Shown here: in pieces, positions 63,183 to 64,000 of the stretch
Position numbering within the stretch: the first letter of the stretch is position 1
How the letters are laid out: each line of letters starts with the position of its first letter
The notes under the pieces: model-generated
What the model saw: the letters and a program-made list of their open reading frames with translations, nothing else
Told to the model about the DNA's origin: nothing
Database searches by the model: none
Position numbers and translations under genes: made by a program
Assembly (NCBI GenBank): GCA_001244265.2
Contig: CDLV01000016.1
Span: 62,001-126,000, forward strand
From: Microbotryum violaceum
Taxonomy: Eukaryota
Direction: 5' to 3'
Length of the DNA: 64,000 nt

Positions 63183-64000
63183 GAACAGGATTGATTTCTA
63201 GGGCTGAGTCAGAGGGTAACGACTCGGACGTCGCAGAACGAAGCAAGCTGACTGCCCAACTGGTCCGCCAAGGTCCGTGCTGAATCTGGAGGCATGGCGA
63301 TCAGTGACTGGAGGGGCGCAATTCCCCTTGGCATCTTTGACCCAGCGAGGAGGGTGTAGTGTTTCACTTTTTGTGACTAAAACTTTTTTCGTCACATCAT
63401 GCTTAACTTACTTTAAGGTCATGATTAGTTACCGCTATCTTTGAAAAATCGTAGATCGATCATTCGGCATTTGATGTTTCGTAAGCGATGCTCACCGGCG
63501 CCAAACTCCTCAGGTGCTTCTTCTTTCTCTGGGCCCGGGAACCGAACGCGAGGGACCCGGAGTATGGTCGGACTATGCTCGAGTGCTTTACCGGCTTGAA
63601 GAATATTTGAACACATGTATCTCGGTATGTTGTGGGTAATGTTTCTTCAGAAGTGAGCGCGTGAGCTATCCCCTTGTGCCTCTCGAGCTCTGCAGAGGAC
63701 GCTGTACTAGCTCTGCCTTCACGTAACTCACTTTGTGGACAAGCAACCACACTTGCAAAGCGACCCAATCAGGTTCAAGTCGAGAAGGTCGGACTCTTAA
63801 CACTAAAGCAACAAGTACTTGGTTCTATGAGCAAAGTAAACATCACAGAAGGAAGGCTCGCTTTGCTGTCTTGTCGCATCCATCGGTCACTCGGCGTTAT
63901 GTCGAATTGCCTCTTATGCTATATCAACGGCTTGAGTAGCCCAGGCCGGCTTCGGGACTCGCGACTTCAAGAATTCCTGGCGGACGATTGACCTTCCGAT

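Overview
Intron-rich fungal genomic DNA. Gene content, short GT/GC-AG introns with CTRAY branch sites and TE style suggest a basidiomycete, most likely Microbotryomycetes such as Microbotryum/Rhodotorula; this is inference, not a database match. About 16 protein-coding genes are supported: a modular Cys-rich secreted protein, V-ATPase c'' (VMA16), a TPP-dependent enzyme, NAR1, an MDR oxidoreductase, an aldehyde dehydrogenase, a phenol 2-monooxygenase, DNA polymerase kappa, a large multi-ASH/Ig-like protein, mitoribosomal mL38, two tandem S28 peptidases (one frameshifted), Grx3/4, a Csk1/Cak1-like kinase, Med27 and two intact members of a 7-TM GPCR-like family with a third, TE-disrupted copy. 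TE debris lies at ~15-18.4, 21.5, 46-47 and 54-63 kb. Most notable: (1) a secreted protein built from symmetric phase-1 exons, one Cys module per exon; (2) a locally expanding and dying orphan 7-TM family; (3) a hotspot of fold-back inverted duplications at 15.2-17.8 kb; (4) a candidate aromatic-catabolism cluster; (5) a cilia-type ASH-repeat protein in a lineage without cilia. Exon boundaries were read by eye and need RNA-seq confirmation.
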